A stretch of 64,000 nt of DNA from contig JBHHVE010000007.1 in assembly GCA_046754085.1 (NCBI GenBank), positions 26,964 through 90,963 of the forward strand, read 5' to 3'. Below, one piece after another: positions 10,314 through 19,817 of this stretch; position 1 is the first letter of the stretch; each line of letters starts with the position of its first letter. The translations under genes were made by a program, and so were the position numbers. Below the pieces are notes generated by a model. It saw nothing but the letters and a program-made list of their open reading frames with translations. It was not told the origin of the DNA and did no database searches. This stretch comes from Leptospirillia bacterium. GTDB lineage: Bacteria; Nitrospirota; JACRHL01.

Positions 10314-13022
10314 ATGCTTACGACACTGATCACGAAGCTGTTTGGCAGCAAGAACGACCGGGAACTGAAGGCCATTTCGGGCATCGTGGACCAGGTCAAC
10401 GCCCTGGAAGACGAGGCCCGCGCCCTCTCGGACGAGGAGCTCAAGGCCCGTACCGCCGCCTTCAAGGCCCGTATTGCCTCCGGCGAGACCCTGGACGACC
10501 TGATGCCCGAAGCCTTCGCCACCGTGCGCGAGGCCAGTTGCCGCACCCTCGGCATGCGCCACTTCGACGTACAGATCATCGGCGGCGCGGTACTCCATCA
10601 GGGCCGTATCGCCGAAATGAAAACCGGCGAGGGAAAAACCCTGGTCGCCACCCTTGCGGTCTACCTGAACGCCCTCTCGGGCAAGGGCGTACACGTGGTC
10701 ACGGTCAACGACTACCTGGCCACCCGCGACGCCGAATGGATGGGCCAAGTCTATCGTTTTCTGGGGCTTACGGTGGGGGTTGTCGTGCACGGCATCAGCG
10801 ACGCCGAACGCAAGGCCGCCTATCACTGTGACGTTACCTACGGCACCAACAACGAATTCGGCTTCGACTACCTGCGTGACAACATGCGGTTCTCTTCCGA
10901 CGACTACAGCCAGCGGGAGTTGAACTTCGCCATCGTCGACGAGGTGGACTCGATCCTCATCGACGAGGCCCGTACGCCGCTCATCATCTCCGGCCCCGCG
11001 GAGGCTTCCACCGAGCTTTATGGCGAAGTCAACCGGGTGATCCCCTACCTGGAAAAGGACGTCCACTACACCCCGGACGAAAAGGCCAAGTCGGTGTTTC
11101 TCACCGAGGAGGGCATCCACAAGATCGAAGAGTTGCTCAAGATCGACAACCTGTACGACCTGGAAAACCTGAACACCCTGCATCACGTGCAGCAGGCCCT
11201 GAAGGCCAACACCATGCTGCACAAGGACGTGGACTACGTGGTGCGCGGCGGTCAGGTGTCCATCGTCGACGAGTTCACCGGCCGCGTGATGGAAGGGCGG
11301 CGCTGGGGTGACGGACTGCACCAGGCGGTGGAGGCCAAGGAAGGGGTGGAGATCGCCAACGAGAACCAGACCCTGGCCTCGATCACCTTCCAGAACTATT
11401 TCCGCATGTATGACAAGCTGGCGGGCATGACCGGCACGGCGGAGACCGAGGCCTCCGAGTTCGCCCAGATCTACGACCTCGACGTCACCGTCATCCCCCC
11501 CAACGTCCCGGTCAGGCGTATCGACGCCCCGGATCTGATCTACAAGACCGAGGGCGAAAAATTCAACGCCATCGCCGAGGATATCCTCACCTGCCACCAG
11601 AACGGCCAGCCGACACTGGTGGGCACCATTACCATCGAGAAATCGGAAAAGCTCTCCCTCCTGCTCAAGAAGCGCGGCATCAAGCACAATGTGTTGAACG
11701 CCAAATTCCACGAAAAGGAGGCCGAGATCGTCGCCCAGGCCGGACGCCGAGGCGCGGTCACCATCGCCACCAACATGGCGGGACGCGGCACCGACATCGT
11801 GCTCGGGGGCAACCCGGATTTCCTACTTAAAAAAGCCATCGCCAAAAAATCCACCCCCAGCGAGGAAGAGGTGGGGGCCCTGAAAGCGGAGCTTGCCTCA
11901 CGCTGCGCCGCCGAAAAAGAAGAGGTGCTCGCCGCTGGCGGCCTGCACATCATCGGCACCGAGCGGCACGAATCCCGCCGCATCGACAACCAGTTGCGGG
12001 GCCGCAGCGGTCGTCAGGGCGACCCCGGATCGTCGCGCTTCTATCTGGGGCTGGACGACCCGCTCATGCGTATCTTCGGCTCCGACCGGATCGCGGGCGT
12101 CATGGAAAAGCTCGGCATGGAAGACGGCGTGCCCATTGAGCACCGCATGGTCACCCGCGCCATCGAAAACGCCCAGAAAAAGGTGGAAGGCCACCATTTC
12201 GACATGCGTAAGCACCTGCTGGAATATGACGATGTCATGAATCAGCAACGCGAGGTGGTGTACCAGCAGCGGCGCCAGATCCTCGCCGGCCAATCCCTGC
12301 GCGAAACCATCGACGACATGATCGACAACTGCATCAGTGGCGTGCTCACCACCCACTGCCCGGAAGGGGTCTACGAGGAAGAGTGGGACATCCCGGCCCT
12401 GAAAGACGCACTGGCCGGTCAGTTCGCGCTCGACTTCGAGGCCCACGGCCTGCACTTTGAGGAAGCCGGTCGCGACGCCATCGAGGAAGGCGTGCGGAAC
12501 ATTGTCACCACTGAGTACCAAAAGCGCCGCACCGAGTTCGGCGACGAACTGGCCGACTATGTGGAAAAGCTGGTCCTGCTGCGCAACGTGGACTCCCTGT
12601 GGAAAGACCACCTGCTCTCCATGGATCACTTGAAGGACGGCATCGGCCTGCGCGGCTACGGCCAGAAAAACCCCCTCGCCGAGTACAAGCGTGAAGCCTT
12701 CGAGATGTTCGAGCAGATGATGTTCCGCATCGAAACCGATGTGGTGGAGCAACTGATGCGGGTACGCGTCTCGGTGGAACGCCCTGAAGACGTCGGCGAC
12801 CTGGGTTCCGACGACGCCGTGCAGATGGTGATGAGCCACGCCGAGGTATCACCGGTGACGGCCGCCGCTGCGGTGGCCGCGGGTGGAGCAGCGGCACAGG
12901 AGCCGGAAGCCGCGGCTCCCAAACAAACCCCGGCCCGTGCCGAAGAGAAGATTGGACGCAACGACCCGTGCCCGTGCGGTTCCGGGAAAAAATACAAAAA
13001 GTGTCACGGCGCCGACGCATAA
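10314..13022 (+). CDS. secA: Preprotein translocase ATPase SecA
   Basis: Motifs: [51 protein letters not shown], and a C-terminal zinc finger [14 protein letters not shown]. Confidence 0.97.
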   Translation: MLTTLITKLFGSKNDRELKAISGIVDQVNALEDEARALSDEELKARTAAFKARIASGETLDDLMPEAFATVREASCRTLGMRHFDVQIIGGAVLHQGRIAEMKTGEGKTLVATLAVYLNALSGKGVHVVTVNDYLATRDAEWMGQVYRFLGLTVGVVVHGISDAERKAAYHCDVTYGTNNEFGFDYLRDNMRFSSDDYSQRELNFAIVDEVDSILIDEARTPLIISGPAEASTELYGEVNRVIPYLEKDVHYTPDEKAKSVFLTEEGIHKIEELLKIDNLYDLENLNTLHHVQQALKANTMLHKDVDYVVRGGQVSIVDEFTGRVMEGRRWGDGLHQAVEAKEGVEIANENQTLASITFQNYFRMYDKLAGMTGTAETEASEFAQIYDLDVTVIPPNVPVRRIDAPDLIYKTEGEKFNAIAEDILTCHQNGQPTLVGTITIEKSEKLSLLLKKRGIKHNVLNAKFHEKEAEIVAQAGRRGAVTIATNMAGRGTDIVLGGNPDFLLKKAIAKKSTPSEEEVGALKAELASRCAAEKEEVLAAGGLHIIGTERHESRRIDNQLRGRSGRQGDPGSSRFYLGLDDPLMRIFGSDRIAGVMEKLGMEDGVPIEHRMVTRAIENAQKKVEGHHFDMRKHLLEYDDVMNQQREVVYQQRRQILAGQSLRETIDDMIDNCISGVLTTHCPEGVYEEEWDIPALKDALAGQFALDFEAHGLHFEEAGRDAIEEGVRNIVTTEYQKRRTEFGDELADYVEKLVLLRNVDSLWKDHLLSMDHLKDGIGLRGYGQKNPLAEYKREAFEMFEQMMFRIETDVVEQLMRVRVSVERPEDVGDLGSDDAVQMVMSHAEVSPVTAAAAVAAGGAAAQEPEAAAPKQTPARAEEKIGRNDPCPCGSGKKYKKCHGADA

Positions 13023-13065
13023 TCTGGCCGTTGAAGCGCATTCAACCCACACTGGAAAAGGCGCG

Positions 13066-14121
13066 TTGAAGGAACGAGATAAATCTCCCGAGACACGTCT
13101 GGCCGAGGTTGAGGCGGAACTCGCGTTTTTCCTCGCCTTTGGGCAGGAACTGACCGCGACTCTGGATGACCGAAAGGTCCTCGAGATCATCGCGGCCGGC
13201 ACCCACTCCTATGTGGGTGCCAGTCACACCACCCTGTTTGTCACCGGCAAGGACCGTCGCACTTACGAAATCGCCATGGCGCGGGGATACACCTTCCGCG
13301 AAACAGAACTTTCCCTGTCGATTCTGGAAGGAATCTGCGGCGAAGTGCTGCGTACCGGCCGCCAGGTCCACCTCTCCGCCGAGGAATTGGAGGCAAAGGG
13401 GCCGCTACCGCCCGACCTGAAAATGCCCGGTCCCCTGGCGGAGGTGCTGTGCATCCCCATTCTGCACCGAAAACGCGCCCTGGCCACAATCCTGCTCACC
13501 CAGACCGAAAAGGCGGGACCGCTCAGCGATGAGCAGATGGAACGGCTCACCCGTCTGTTGGAGCAGAGCCGCCTGGCGGTTGACCGCGCCCTGCTCTACA
13601 GAAAAACCGCGGACCTTGCCATCACCGACGATCTGACCCAGTTGTTCAACCACCGCTATATCCAGCAGTCTCTTGAGGTCATGATCAAAAGCGGCTCCAC
13701 CGACCCGTCACCCATCGCCCTGCTGTTCATGGACCTGGACAAGTTCAAGGCGATCAACGACACCCACGGCCATCTGGCGGGCAGCCATGCCCTCACCGAA
13801 GCCGCCAACGTATTGACCGACAACCTGAGAACCTGCGACATCATCGCCCGTTACGGCGGCGACGAATTCGTGATCATCCTGCCGGATACCGACGCCAAGG
13901 TGGCCATGACCGTCTCCCAGCGCCTGTGCCGGGCAATCGACGCCAACACCTTCCTGCCCCACCTTGGCGGCATGCAACTCGGTGCCAGCCTGGGCATCGC
14001 AGTCTACCCGGATCACGCCACCACCCCCCGCAAGCTGGTGCAGCGGGCAGATATGGCCATGTACAAGGCCAAGGCCGAGGGTGGCAGTCAGGCCATCCTG
14101 TTCGATCCGGATACCATGTAA
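13066..14121 (+). CDS. GAF-GGDEF diguanylate cyclase
   Basis: RYGGDEF active site with an RxxD I-site (RTCD) five residues upstream. The N-terminal half is GAF-like. The start is uncertain: I chose the in-frame TTG at 13066 just after the secA stop, because the track start 12883 overlaps secA. Confidence 0.85.
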   Translation: MKERDKSPETRLAEVEAELAFFLAFGQELTATLDDRKVLEIIAAGTHSYVGASHTTLFVTGKDRRTYEIAMARGYTFRETELSLSILEGICGEVLRTGRQVHLSAEELEAKGPLPPDLKMPGPLAEVLCIPILHRKRALATILLTQTEKAGPLSDEQMERLTRLLEQSRLAVDRALLYRKTADLAITDDLTQLFNHRYIQQSLEVMIKSGSTDPSPIALLFMDLDKFKAINDTHGHLAGSHALTEAANVLTDNLRTCDIIARYGGDEFVIILPDTDAKVAMTVSQRLCRAIDANTFLPHLGGMQLGASLGIAVYPDHATTPRKLVQRADMAMYKAKAEGGSQAILFDPDTM

Positions 14122-14144
14122 CCCGTCCGACAAGTGGAACCCTC

Positions 14145-14873
14145 ATGAAACGATCCGATAACCGCCGCGCCGGGGACCTGCGACCGGTCACCATTACCCG
14201 TGACTACCTGCCCCACGCCGAAGGCTCCGTGCTGATCCAGGTGGGCGAAACCTATGTGATCTGCACCGCCAGCGTGGAAGAGCGGGTGCCGGGATGGCTG
14301 CGCGGAAAAGGCCAGGGTTGGGTCACCGCCGAATATGCCATGCTGCCGCGCGCCACCCACGACCGCACCACCCGCGAGGTATCCCGGGGCAAGGCCAGCG
14401 GCCGCACCCACGAAATCCAGCGCCTGATCGGCCGCTCCCTGCGCGCGGTCATCGACCTGAAGGACCTGGGCGAGCGCACCGTCTGGGTCGACTGCGACGT
14501 CATCCGCGCCGACGGCGGCACCCGCACCGCCAGCATCACCGGTGCCTTCGTCGCTCTGGCCGATGCGGTACACGGCCTGATCAAGGCGGGAAAAATCGCG
14601 AGAAACCCCCTCTCCGGTTATCTGGCCGCCGTGTCGGCGGGCATCGTGGACGGCGAGCAACTGCTCGACCTGCATTACGAAGAAGACTCCCGCGCCCAGG
14701 TGGACATGAATTTTGTCATGACCGGGGCCGGGGAAATCGTCGAAATTCAAGGCACCGCCGAAGACACTCCGTTCCCGCGCAAGGACCTGGACAGCCTGGT
14801 GGACCTGGCCACCGAAGGCATCATGCAACTGGTCGGGCACCAGAAGGAGCTGCTTTCGGACTTCATGCCGTGA
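14145..14873 (+). CDS. rph: Ribonuclease PH
   Basis: ATG 14145 gives [49 protein letters not shown], a typical RNase PH sequence. Confidence 0.95.
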   Translation: MKRSDNRRAGDLRPVTITRDYLPHAEGSVLIQVGETYVICTASVEERVPGWLRGKGQGWVTAEYAMLPRATHDRTTREVSRGKASGRTHEIQRLIGRSLRAVIDLKDLGERTVWVDCDVIRADGGTRTASITGAFVALADAVHGLIKAGKIARNPLSGYLAAVSAGIVDGEQLLDLHYEEDSRAQVDMNFVMTGAGEIVEIQGTAEDTPFPRKDLDSLVDLATEGIMQLVGHQKELLSDFMP

Positions 14874-15487
14874 GCCGCGTTCCCCGTCTTCTTCTGGCCA
14901 CCGGCAACCCGGACAAGGCGGCGGAAATGGCGGCCCTGCTCGCCGGACTCCGCCTCACCCTGTTAACCCGCAACGACTTTTCCAACCTGCCGGAGGTGGA
15001 AGAGACCGCCGACAGTTTCGCCGGCAACGCCATTCTGAAAGCCCGTTCCCTGGCGGATGCGGCGGGTGTGACGGCCCTTGCGGACGACTCGGGACTGTGC
15101 GTCGACGCCCTTTCCGGCGCTCCCGGTATCTATTCCGCCCGCTACGCCGGGGAGGGGTGCAGCTACCGGGACAACAATGAAAAATTACTCGCCGCGCTGA
15201 CCGGTGTGCCCCGGGAGTCACGCACCGCGCGCTTTGTGTGCGTGGTGGCTATTGTCGCTCCGGGTGGCGACCCGATGACCTTTGAGGGGTTGTGCGAAGG
15301 GCACATCACAAGCACCCGGCACGGGGATGCCGGGTTCGGCTACGACCCGGTGTTCGAGGTGGGGGACAGCGGCGTCACCTTCGCCCAGATGGCCCCCGCC
15401 GAAAAGGGCCGCATCAGCCACCGGGCCATGGCTTTTAAACGGGCCACGGCCTGGCTCGCCGAACACATCCAAGACCTAACGACTTAA
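14870..15487 (+). CDS. rdgB: Non-canonical purine NTP pyrophosphatase (RdgB/HAM1)
   Basis: GTG 14870 overlaps the rph stop (GTGA). Motifs: [50 protein letters not shown]. Confidence 0.9.
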   Translation: MSRVPRLLLATGNPDKAAEMAALLAGLRLTLLTRNDFSNLPEVEETADSFAGNAILKARSLADAAGVTALADDSGLCVDALSGAPGIYSARYAGEGCSYRDNNEKLLAALTGVPRESRTARFVCVVAIVAPGGDPMTFEGLCEGHITSTRHGDAGFGYDPVFEVGDSGVTFAQMAPAEKGRISHRAMAFKRATAWLAEHIQDLTT

Positions 15488-15537
15488 AAAAACAAAAAGG
15501 AATGCTCGGAGGGCGGTCGGAAACGGGAGTCCCTAGC

Positions 15538-15701
15538 CTACCAGCCTGCGCTCACGCCCGTGAGGACTCCTCCACCAAAACCGTCGAGAGTGGCCCGAGT
15601 TCGAGGCGGGAGGAGCACAGGGGGCGAAGAGGCGTTCTCGTACGTCGAAATCCCGAGCACCGCACCAATGAAGCAATCGGGCCGCTATCGGCGGTTTTTT
15701 T
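15538..15701 (+). repeat. Palindromic intergenic repeat copy B, extended unit (5' short module plus 125-nt core at 15577-15701)
   Basis: CTACCAGCCTGCGCTCACGCCCGTGAGG.. is followed by AAAACCGTCGAGAGTGGCCCG...CGGGCCGCTATCGGCGGTTTTTTT. Its T tract overlaps the nikR stop codon. Confidence 0.9.
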
Positions 15702-16140
15702 AGTGGTGGTGGTTGTCGCTTGAAGGCACCAGGCCCTGCCCGGTGGTGGTCATGGTGAGTTTGCCGTGTTTGACGCCGCGGGTGCCGACCAGACGGTCGG
15801 CAAAGGTCCGCAACAGGCGGCTCATCCCCTTGACCACCAGCACCTCCAGACAGTTGTTATGGTCCAGGTGGACGTGCAGCACACTCATGATCTGACCCTC
15901 GAAGGAGTGCTGCAGATGGGTCAGGGTTTCCGACAATTCCCGGGTATGGTGATCATAGACGATGGTGATGGTCCCCACCGTTTCCTCGTTTTTCTCCCAC
16001 TCGTCGGTCACCATGTGGTCCCGGATCAGGTCACGGATTGCCTCCGACCGATTGGTGTAGCCCTTCTCCGTAATCTGATGGTCAAACCGCTCAAGCAGTT
16101 CCCCGTCAATAGAGACGCCAAAACGCACCAGACCGCTCAT
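15700..16140 (-). CDS. nikR: Nickel-responsive regulator NikR
   Basis: N-terminal ribbon-helix-helix ([15 protein letters not shown]). Nickel site [13 protein letters not shown] has the same H-x-H-x5-C spacing as E. coli NikR. The C-terminal tail is His-rich. Confidence 0.85.
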   Translation of the reverse strand: MSGLVRFGVSIDGELLERFDHQITEKGYTNRSEAIRDLIRDHMVTDEWEKNEETVGTITIVYDHHTRELSETLTHLQHSFEGQIMSVLHVHLDHNNCLEVLVVKGMSRLLRTFADRLVGTRGVKHGKLTMTTTGQGLVPSSDNHHH

Positions 16141-16207
16141 AACATTCCGTTCCTATTCCAAAAAACAAAACAACATGCCGGAATACAGGCCGTCATCCGA
16201 CTGTTCA

Positions 16208-16235
16208 GTATCACATTTACAAGCATTAGTAACAC
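16208..16235. promoter_or_regulatory. Candidate NikR operator (GTATCAC-N14-GTAACAC)
   Basis: Imperfect inverted repeat in the nikR / DUF971 divergent region. The right half is an exact GTAACAC; the left half matches GTGTTAC at 5 of 7 positions. The consensus GTGTTAC-N13/14-GTAACAC is recalled from comparative-genomics literature and was not verified here. Confidence 0.35.
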
Positions 16236-16343
16236 GGAGTGAAAAATCTGTCAATCTCCCCCGCCGCTTATGCTGAAGGCTGTCCCATGACGGCCGCCTG
16301 CGATATAACTATGCAGAACACACTTCCTGGAGCACCTTGATCG

Positions 16344-16700
16344 ATGAGTACCGATTATCCTCAGCCCGTGGAAATCCGCCGGGAAAACCGCGACCGGATC
16401 GTGATCACCTGGTCGGACGGCCATGTGTCCGACTTCACCAACCACGGTCTGCGCGCCGGGTGCCAGTGCGCCTCCTGCGTGGACGAGTGGAGCCGGGAGC
16501 CGCTTCTGGACCCGTCCACCATCCCGGCGGACATCTACGCCGACGACATTCAGGTGGTCGGCACCTACGCCATTCAGCCCAGCTGGAGCGACGGCCACAC
16601 CACCGGCATTTACTCCTTCACCCTGCTGCGCAGTCTCTGCCCGTGTGACGTATGCACCGCCACCTCCCCGCAGCATCCGACGGAACAGGCCGCGTCATAA
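16344..16700 (+). CDS. DUF971 (GBBH-like N-terminal domain) protein
   Basis: 118 aa. Motifs: IVITWSDGHVSDF, LRAGCQCASCVDEWS, LCPCDVC. Confidence 0.7.
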   Translation: MSTDYPQPVEIRRENRDRIVITWSDGHVSDFTNHGLRAGCQCASCVDEWSREPLLDPSTIPADIYADDIQVVGTYAIQPSWSDGHTTGIYSFTLLRSLCPCDVCTATSPQHPTEQAAS

Positions 16701-18151
16701 GCACCCCCGACACCTCTGCCGCCCCGGACAGGACGCGCCCGTCCGCCCTCAACCCGGAGGCCCTGTCCGACATCGGGGACGCGCTGGTTGCCGACGGTGT
16801 GCGGGAGTATGCCGCCACCGGCGCACGCCACTTCCGGGTGGGCGCCCATCCCTACTACCTGAGCGCCGAACAGGTGGCCTTCTTCGAGGCGCTTGGCCCC
16901 CACCTGCTGTCGTTTTACCGGGCTCTCGATCTGCTCTACCGGCGCGCTCACAAGGGGCTTGCGCCCGGGTTTGTCGCCGACTGGATGGACCGGGGCAAGC
17001 CTGAAGAGGTGCTCAGGCTTGCGCGCATGGGCCGTTTCAAGAGGGCCATGCCGGCGGTTATCCGACCGGACGTGTTCTTTACCGACGACGGCCCGCGCAT
17101 CACCGAACTGGACAGCGTGCCCGGCGGCATCGGTCTCACGGATGCGTTGAATCACCACTACGCCGCCGCCGGATGTGACGTGGTGGGCGGTGCCGACGGC
17201 ATGACCCAGGGGTTCGCCGAGGCACTGTTTGCCCTCACCGACGAGCCGGATCCGGTGACGGCCATCGTGGTCTCGGACGAGTCCGGGGCCTACCGGGACG
17301 AGATGCGCCACATGGCCCTGCGGCTCCGCACCCGGGGCATCTCCGCCCACGTGCTGCACCCATCCGAGGTGATGCTGGACGATGCCGGCCTGTTTCTGGT
17401 CCGGGCGGGGGAGCGCTGCGGCATTGATGTGCTGTACCGGTTTTTTGAGATGTTCGATCTGGCCAACGTGGCCGGCAGCGAACCGATGCTGACCGCCGCC
17501 AAGAAGCGGCAGGTGGCCATGACACCGCCGCCCAAACCGCAACTGGAAGAGAAGCTGGCCATGGCGCTGTTTCACCACCCGGCGCTTTTCGCCTACTGGC
17601 GGCAGGAGTTGGGAGAGGCCGGTCAAGCGTTTTTATCTTCCGTGCTGCCGCGCACCTGGGTGATGGACCCGACGCCGGTGCCACCCCATGCGGTGATCCC
17701 CGGCCTGGCCCCGAACGGCGTACCGCTACAGGGCTGGGACAGCCTCAAAGGGCTGGGTCAGAAGGCCCGGCGAATGGTGATCAAGCCCTCCGGTTTTTCC
17801 GAGATGGCCTGGGGTGGGCGGGGTGTTGTCATCGGCCACGACATGCAGGAGTCCGAATGGGACGCCGCAGTGGACGCCGCCGTGGAGAATTTTTCCCACA
17901 GTCCCCACGTGTTGCAGCCGTTCCACAAGCCGAAGCGGGTGAGTTGCTCTTATCTGGCCGAGAACGGCATCGCCCGCATGGGCGCCCGCGCCCGCCTGTG
18001 CCCCTACTACTTTGTGGCGGACGACCGGGTAAAGCTCGGCGGCATCCTCGCCACCGTCTGCCCGGAAGACAAAAAGCGCATCCACGGCATGACCGATGCG
18101 GTCATGATCCCGTGCGCCCCACCCCGGACCCGGGACGCCGGGGAGCGATAA
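16652..18151 (+). CDS. Uncharacterised 499-aa protein, possibly an ATP-grasp-like fold
   Basis: Long ORF with coding-like composition. Segments IRPDVFFTDDGPRITELDSVPGGIGL and VIKPSGFSEMAWGGRGV resemble ATP-grasp or glutathionylspermidine-synthase-type ligases, but I cannot name a family. The start is uncertain: ATG 16652 overlaps the DUF971 gene by 49 nt. Confidence 0.55.
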   Translation: MHRHLPAASDGTGRVISTPDTSAAPDRTRPSALNPEALSDIGDALVADGVREYAATGARHFRVGAHPYYLSAEQVAFFEALGPHLLSFYRALDLLYRRAHKGLAPGFVADWMDRGKPEEVLRLARMGRFKRAMPAVIRPDVFFTDDGPRITELDSVPGGIGLTDALNHHYAAAGCDVVGGADGMTQGFAEALFALTDEPDPVTAIVVSDESGAYRDEMRHMALRLRTRGISAHVLHPSEVMLDDAGLFLVRAGERCGIDVLYRFFEMFDLANVAGSEPMLTAAKKRQVAMTPPPKPQLEEKLAMALFHHPALFAYWRQELGEAGQAFLSSVLPRTWVMDPTPVPPHAVIPGLAPNGVPLQGWDSLKGLGQKARRMVIKPSGFSEMAWGGRGVVIGHDMQESEWDAAVDAAVENFSHSPHVLQPFHKPKRVSCSYLAENGIARMGARARLCPYYFVADDRVKLGGILATVCPEDKKRIHGMTDAVMIPCAPPRTRDAGER

Positions 18152-18237
18152 AGCTGGCCGGGATGACGCCCGGAAACGGCAGAACCCCGGGTCGCCGGGG
18201 AGCGATCACACTCCGTCACCCATACCCGCCACCTGGG

Positions 18238-18400
18238 CTACCAGCCTGCGTTTAAGCCCGTGGGGCTCCCCCACAAAAACCGTCAAGAGTGGTCCGAGTG
18301 CAAAGCGGGAAGAAGTACAGGGGGCGAAGGCGTACTCTTGTACGTCGAGATCCCGGGTACCGCAACCAACGAAGCAATCGGGCCGCTATCGACGGTTTTT
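18238..18400 (+). repeat. Palindromic intergenic repeat copy C, extended unit (core at 18275-18400)
   Basis: CTACCAGCCTGCGTTTAAGCCCGTGGGG.. is followed by AAAAACCGTCAAGAGTGGTCCG...CGGGCCGCTATCGACGGTTTTT. Its T tract overlaps the stop codon of the HD-GYP gene. Confidence 0.9.
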
Positions 18401-19817
18401 AAAGGAAGTAGGTGCTGACGTCGATGCCATAGGCCAGCGGATCGACCACCTTGGCGACATTGCGCAGGTAGGTGCCGCCCGGCGACTTTTCATCCAGCCC
18501 CACATCGAACGGCGGGTCCAGGGCCTTGCCCTTGGTATCGGAGATCAGCCGCACACCGGGCCGGTCACCCAGGGAGGGGTCGTCGTGGGTCTGCACCACC
18601 ACCGCAAGTTCGCCGGAATCGAGCAACAGCAGCGTGCCCACCGGGAAGATGCCGATGGTGTTGACAAACACCTTGATCAACACCGGGTCAAAGGCCTTGC
18701 CGCTCTTGTTCAGCATCAGCTTCAAGGCCCGCTCCGGGGTCAGTGGGGTGCGGTTGTAGACCCGCGCCGCCGTCATCGCGTCGTAGCAGTCCGCCAGGGA
18801 GATAATGCGGCCGTACAGGGACATGGTGCGCGGCTTTCGCAGGCGCGGATAGCCCGAACTGTCGTAGTTCATGTGGTGTTCAAAGCTGCCGGTCACCACC
18901 CGTGCGGCGAGTTCGTCGGCACCTTTCATCTTCACCAGTGAGCGCACCCCGTAAACCGGGTGGCGACGGATCAGGTCCCACTCGTCTTCCGAGAACTCGC
19001 CGGGCTTGTTGAGCACATCGACCGGGATGCGGTGCTTGCCCATGTCGTGGAACAGGCTGGACATGCCGAGTTGCGCCAGAACCGGCTTCGGCAGGCCCAT
19101 CTTGCGCCCCATGGAAAGGGACAGCACGCAGACGTTCACCGAGTGATGAAAGGTGTACTCGTCGTAACACCTGAGGGTGGTCAGCCCCATGATGTTCACC
19201 GGGTCGGTGAGCAGTTGGTCCACCAGCCGGTGCATCACGCGCTTGGCGCGCTTCAGGGGCAGCGTCTGTTTGATCTTGACGCTTTCCATCACATCACCGA
19301 CCACGCTCAGGGTGGTGGCGTAAACCGCCTTGGCCTGCTCCCTCGGGTCCTCGTCCTCCACCGTCTGGTGCGTGTGGACAAAGGCGGTCAGACCGATGCC
19401 GACATCTTCCCCGCCGAACCGCTCAAGGGCCTCGAACCCGTCCTCCGGCGTACCCGGATTGCCCTGCCCCCAGTCAATCAGAAGTTCCTTGAGGCGGACA
19501 TCATCATAGCCGTCCGACAGGTCGATACCGCCCAGCCCGTGGCCGGCAAACGCGTCCGCCAGACCGGTCTGGGCGGCATAGCGTTCGCGGTCGGTACGAA
19601 CGCGCCCCTCGTTCAGGTAGAACACGTTGTCCACCAGACGAAGCTGGGCACCCTCCACCCGGTCGATAATTTCCCGCACTTTTTGCAGGCTGGGAGCCCA
19701 TGCCTCGTTGTTGGCACCGTGTAACTGGGCGATCTTGAACATCACGAAGAACTGGTGAATCAGCGCCCAGCCCTGGGCGTCCAGTTCGGCGTCGAAGGTA
19801 TCTTTATCCGTCGCCAT
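18399..19817 (-). CDS. HD-GYP domain c-di-GMP phosphodiesterase
   Basis: Motifs: HHSVNV, LFHDMGK, HHMNYDSSGYPR. The N-terminal 200 aa or so are uncharacterised. Confidence 0.9.
   Translation of the reverse strand: MATDKDTFDAELDAQGWALIHQFFVMFKIAQLHGANNEAWAPSLQKVREIIDRVEGAQLRLVDNVFYLNEGRVRTDRERYAAQTGLADAFAGHGLGGIDLSDGYDDVRLKELLIDWGQGNPGTPEDGFEALERFGGEDVGIGLTAFVHTHQTVEDEDPREQAKAVYATTLSVVGDVMESVKIKQTLPLKRAKRVMHRLVDQLLTDPVNIMGLTTLRCYDEYTFHHSVNVCVLSLSMGRKMGLPKPVLAQLGMSSLFHDMGKHRIPVDVLNKPGEFSEDEWDLIRRHPVYGVRSLVKMKGADELAARVVTGSFEHHMNYDSSGYPRLRKPRTMSLYGRIISLADCYDAMTAARVYNRTPLTPERALKLMLNKSGKAFDPVLIKVFVNTIGIFPVGTLLLLDSGELAVVVQTHDDPSLGDRPGVRLISDTKGKALDPPFDVGLDEKSPGGTYLRNVAKVVDPLAYGIDVSTYFL

Noticed and set aside
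9396-11711. 771-aa ORF antisense to the HDOD gene and secA
   Set aside because: secA on the plus strand is unmistakable. This is an antisense artefact of GC-rich codon usage. The same applies to 11898-12839.
12883-13065. N-terminal extension of the GGDEF ORF overlapping the last 140 nt of secA
   Set aside because: The extension is Arg/Pro-rich and overlaps the conserved SecA zinc finger. An in-frame TTG with a nearby AAGG lies just after the secA stop.
14294-14869. N-terminal 192 aa of the 397-aa ORF that contains rdgB
   Set aside because: The Arg/Pro/His-rich sequence overlaps rph in another frame. RdgB homology begins at GTG 14870, which overlaps the rph stop.
16141-16343. E. coli-type NikR box GTATGA-N16-TCATAC, and a 33-codon plus-strand ORF starting at 16176
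   Set aside because: No such palindrome is present; only the weaker GTATCAC-N14-GTAACAC candidate was kept. The small ORF has no RBS and no recognisable features.
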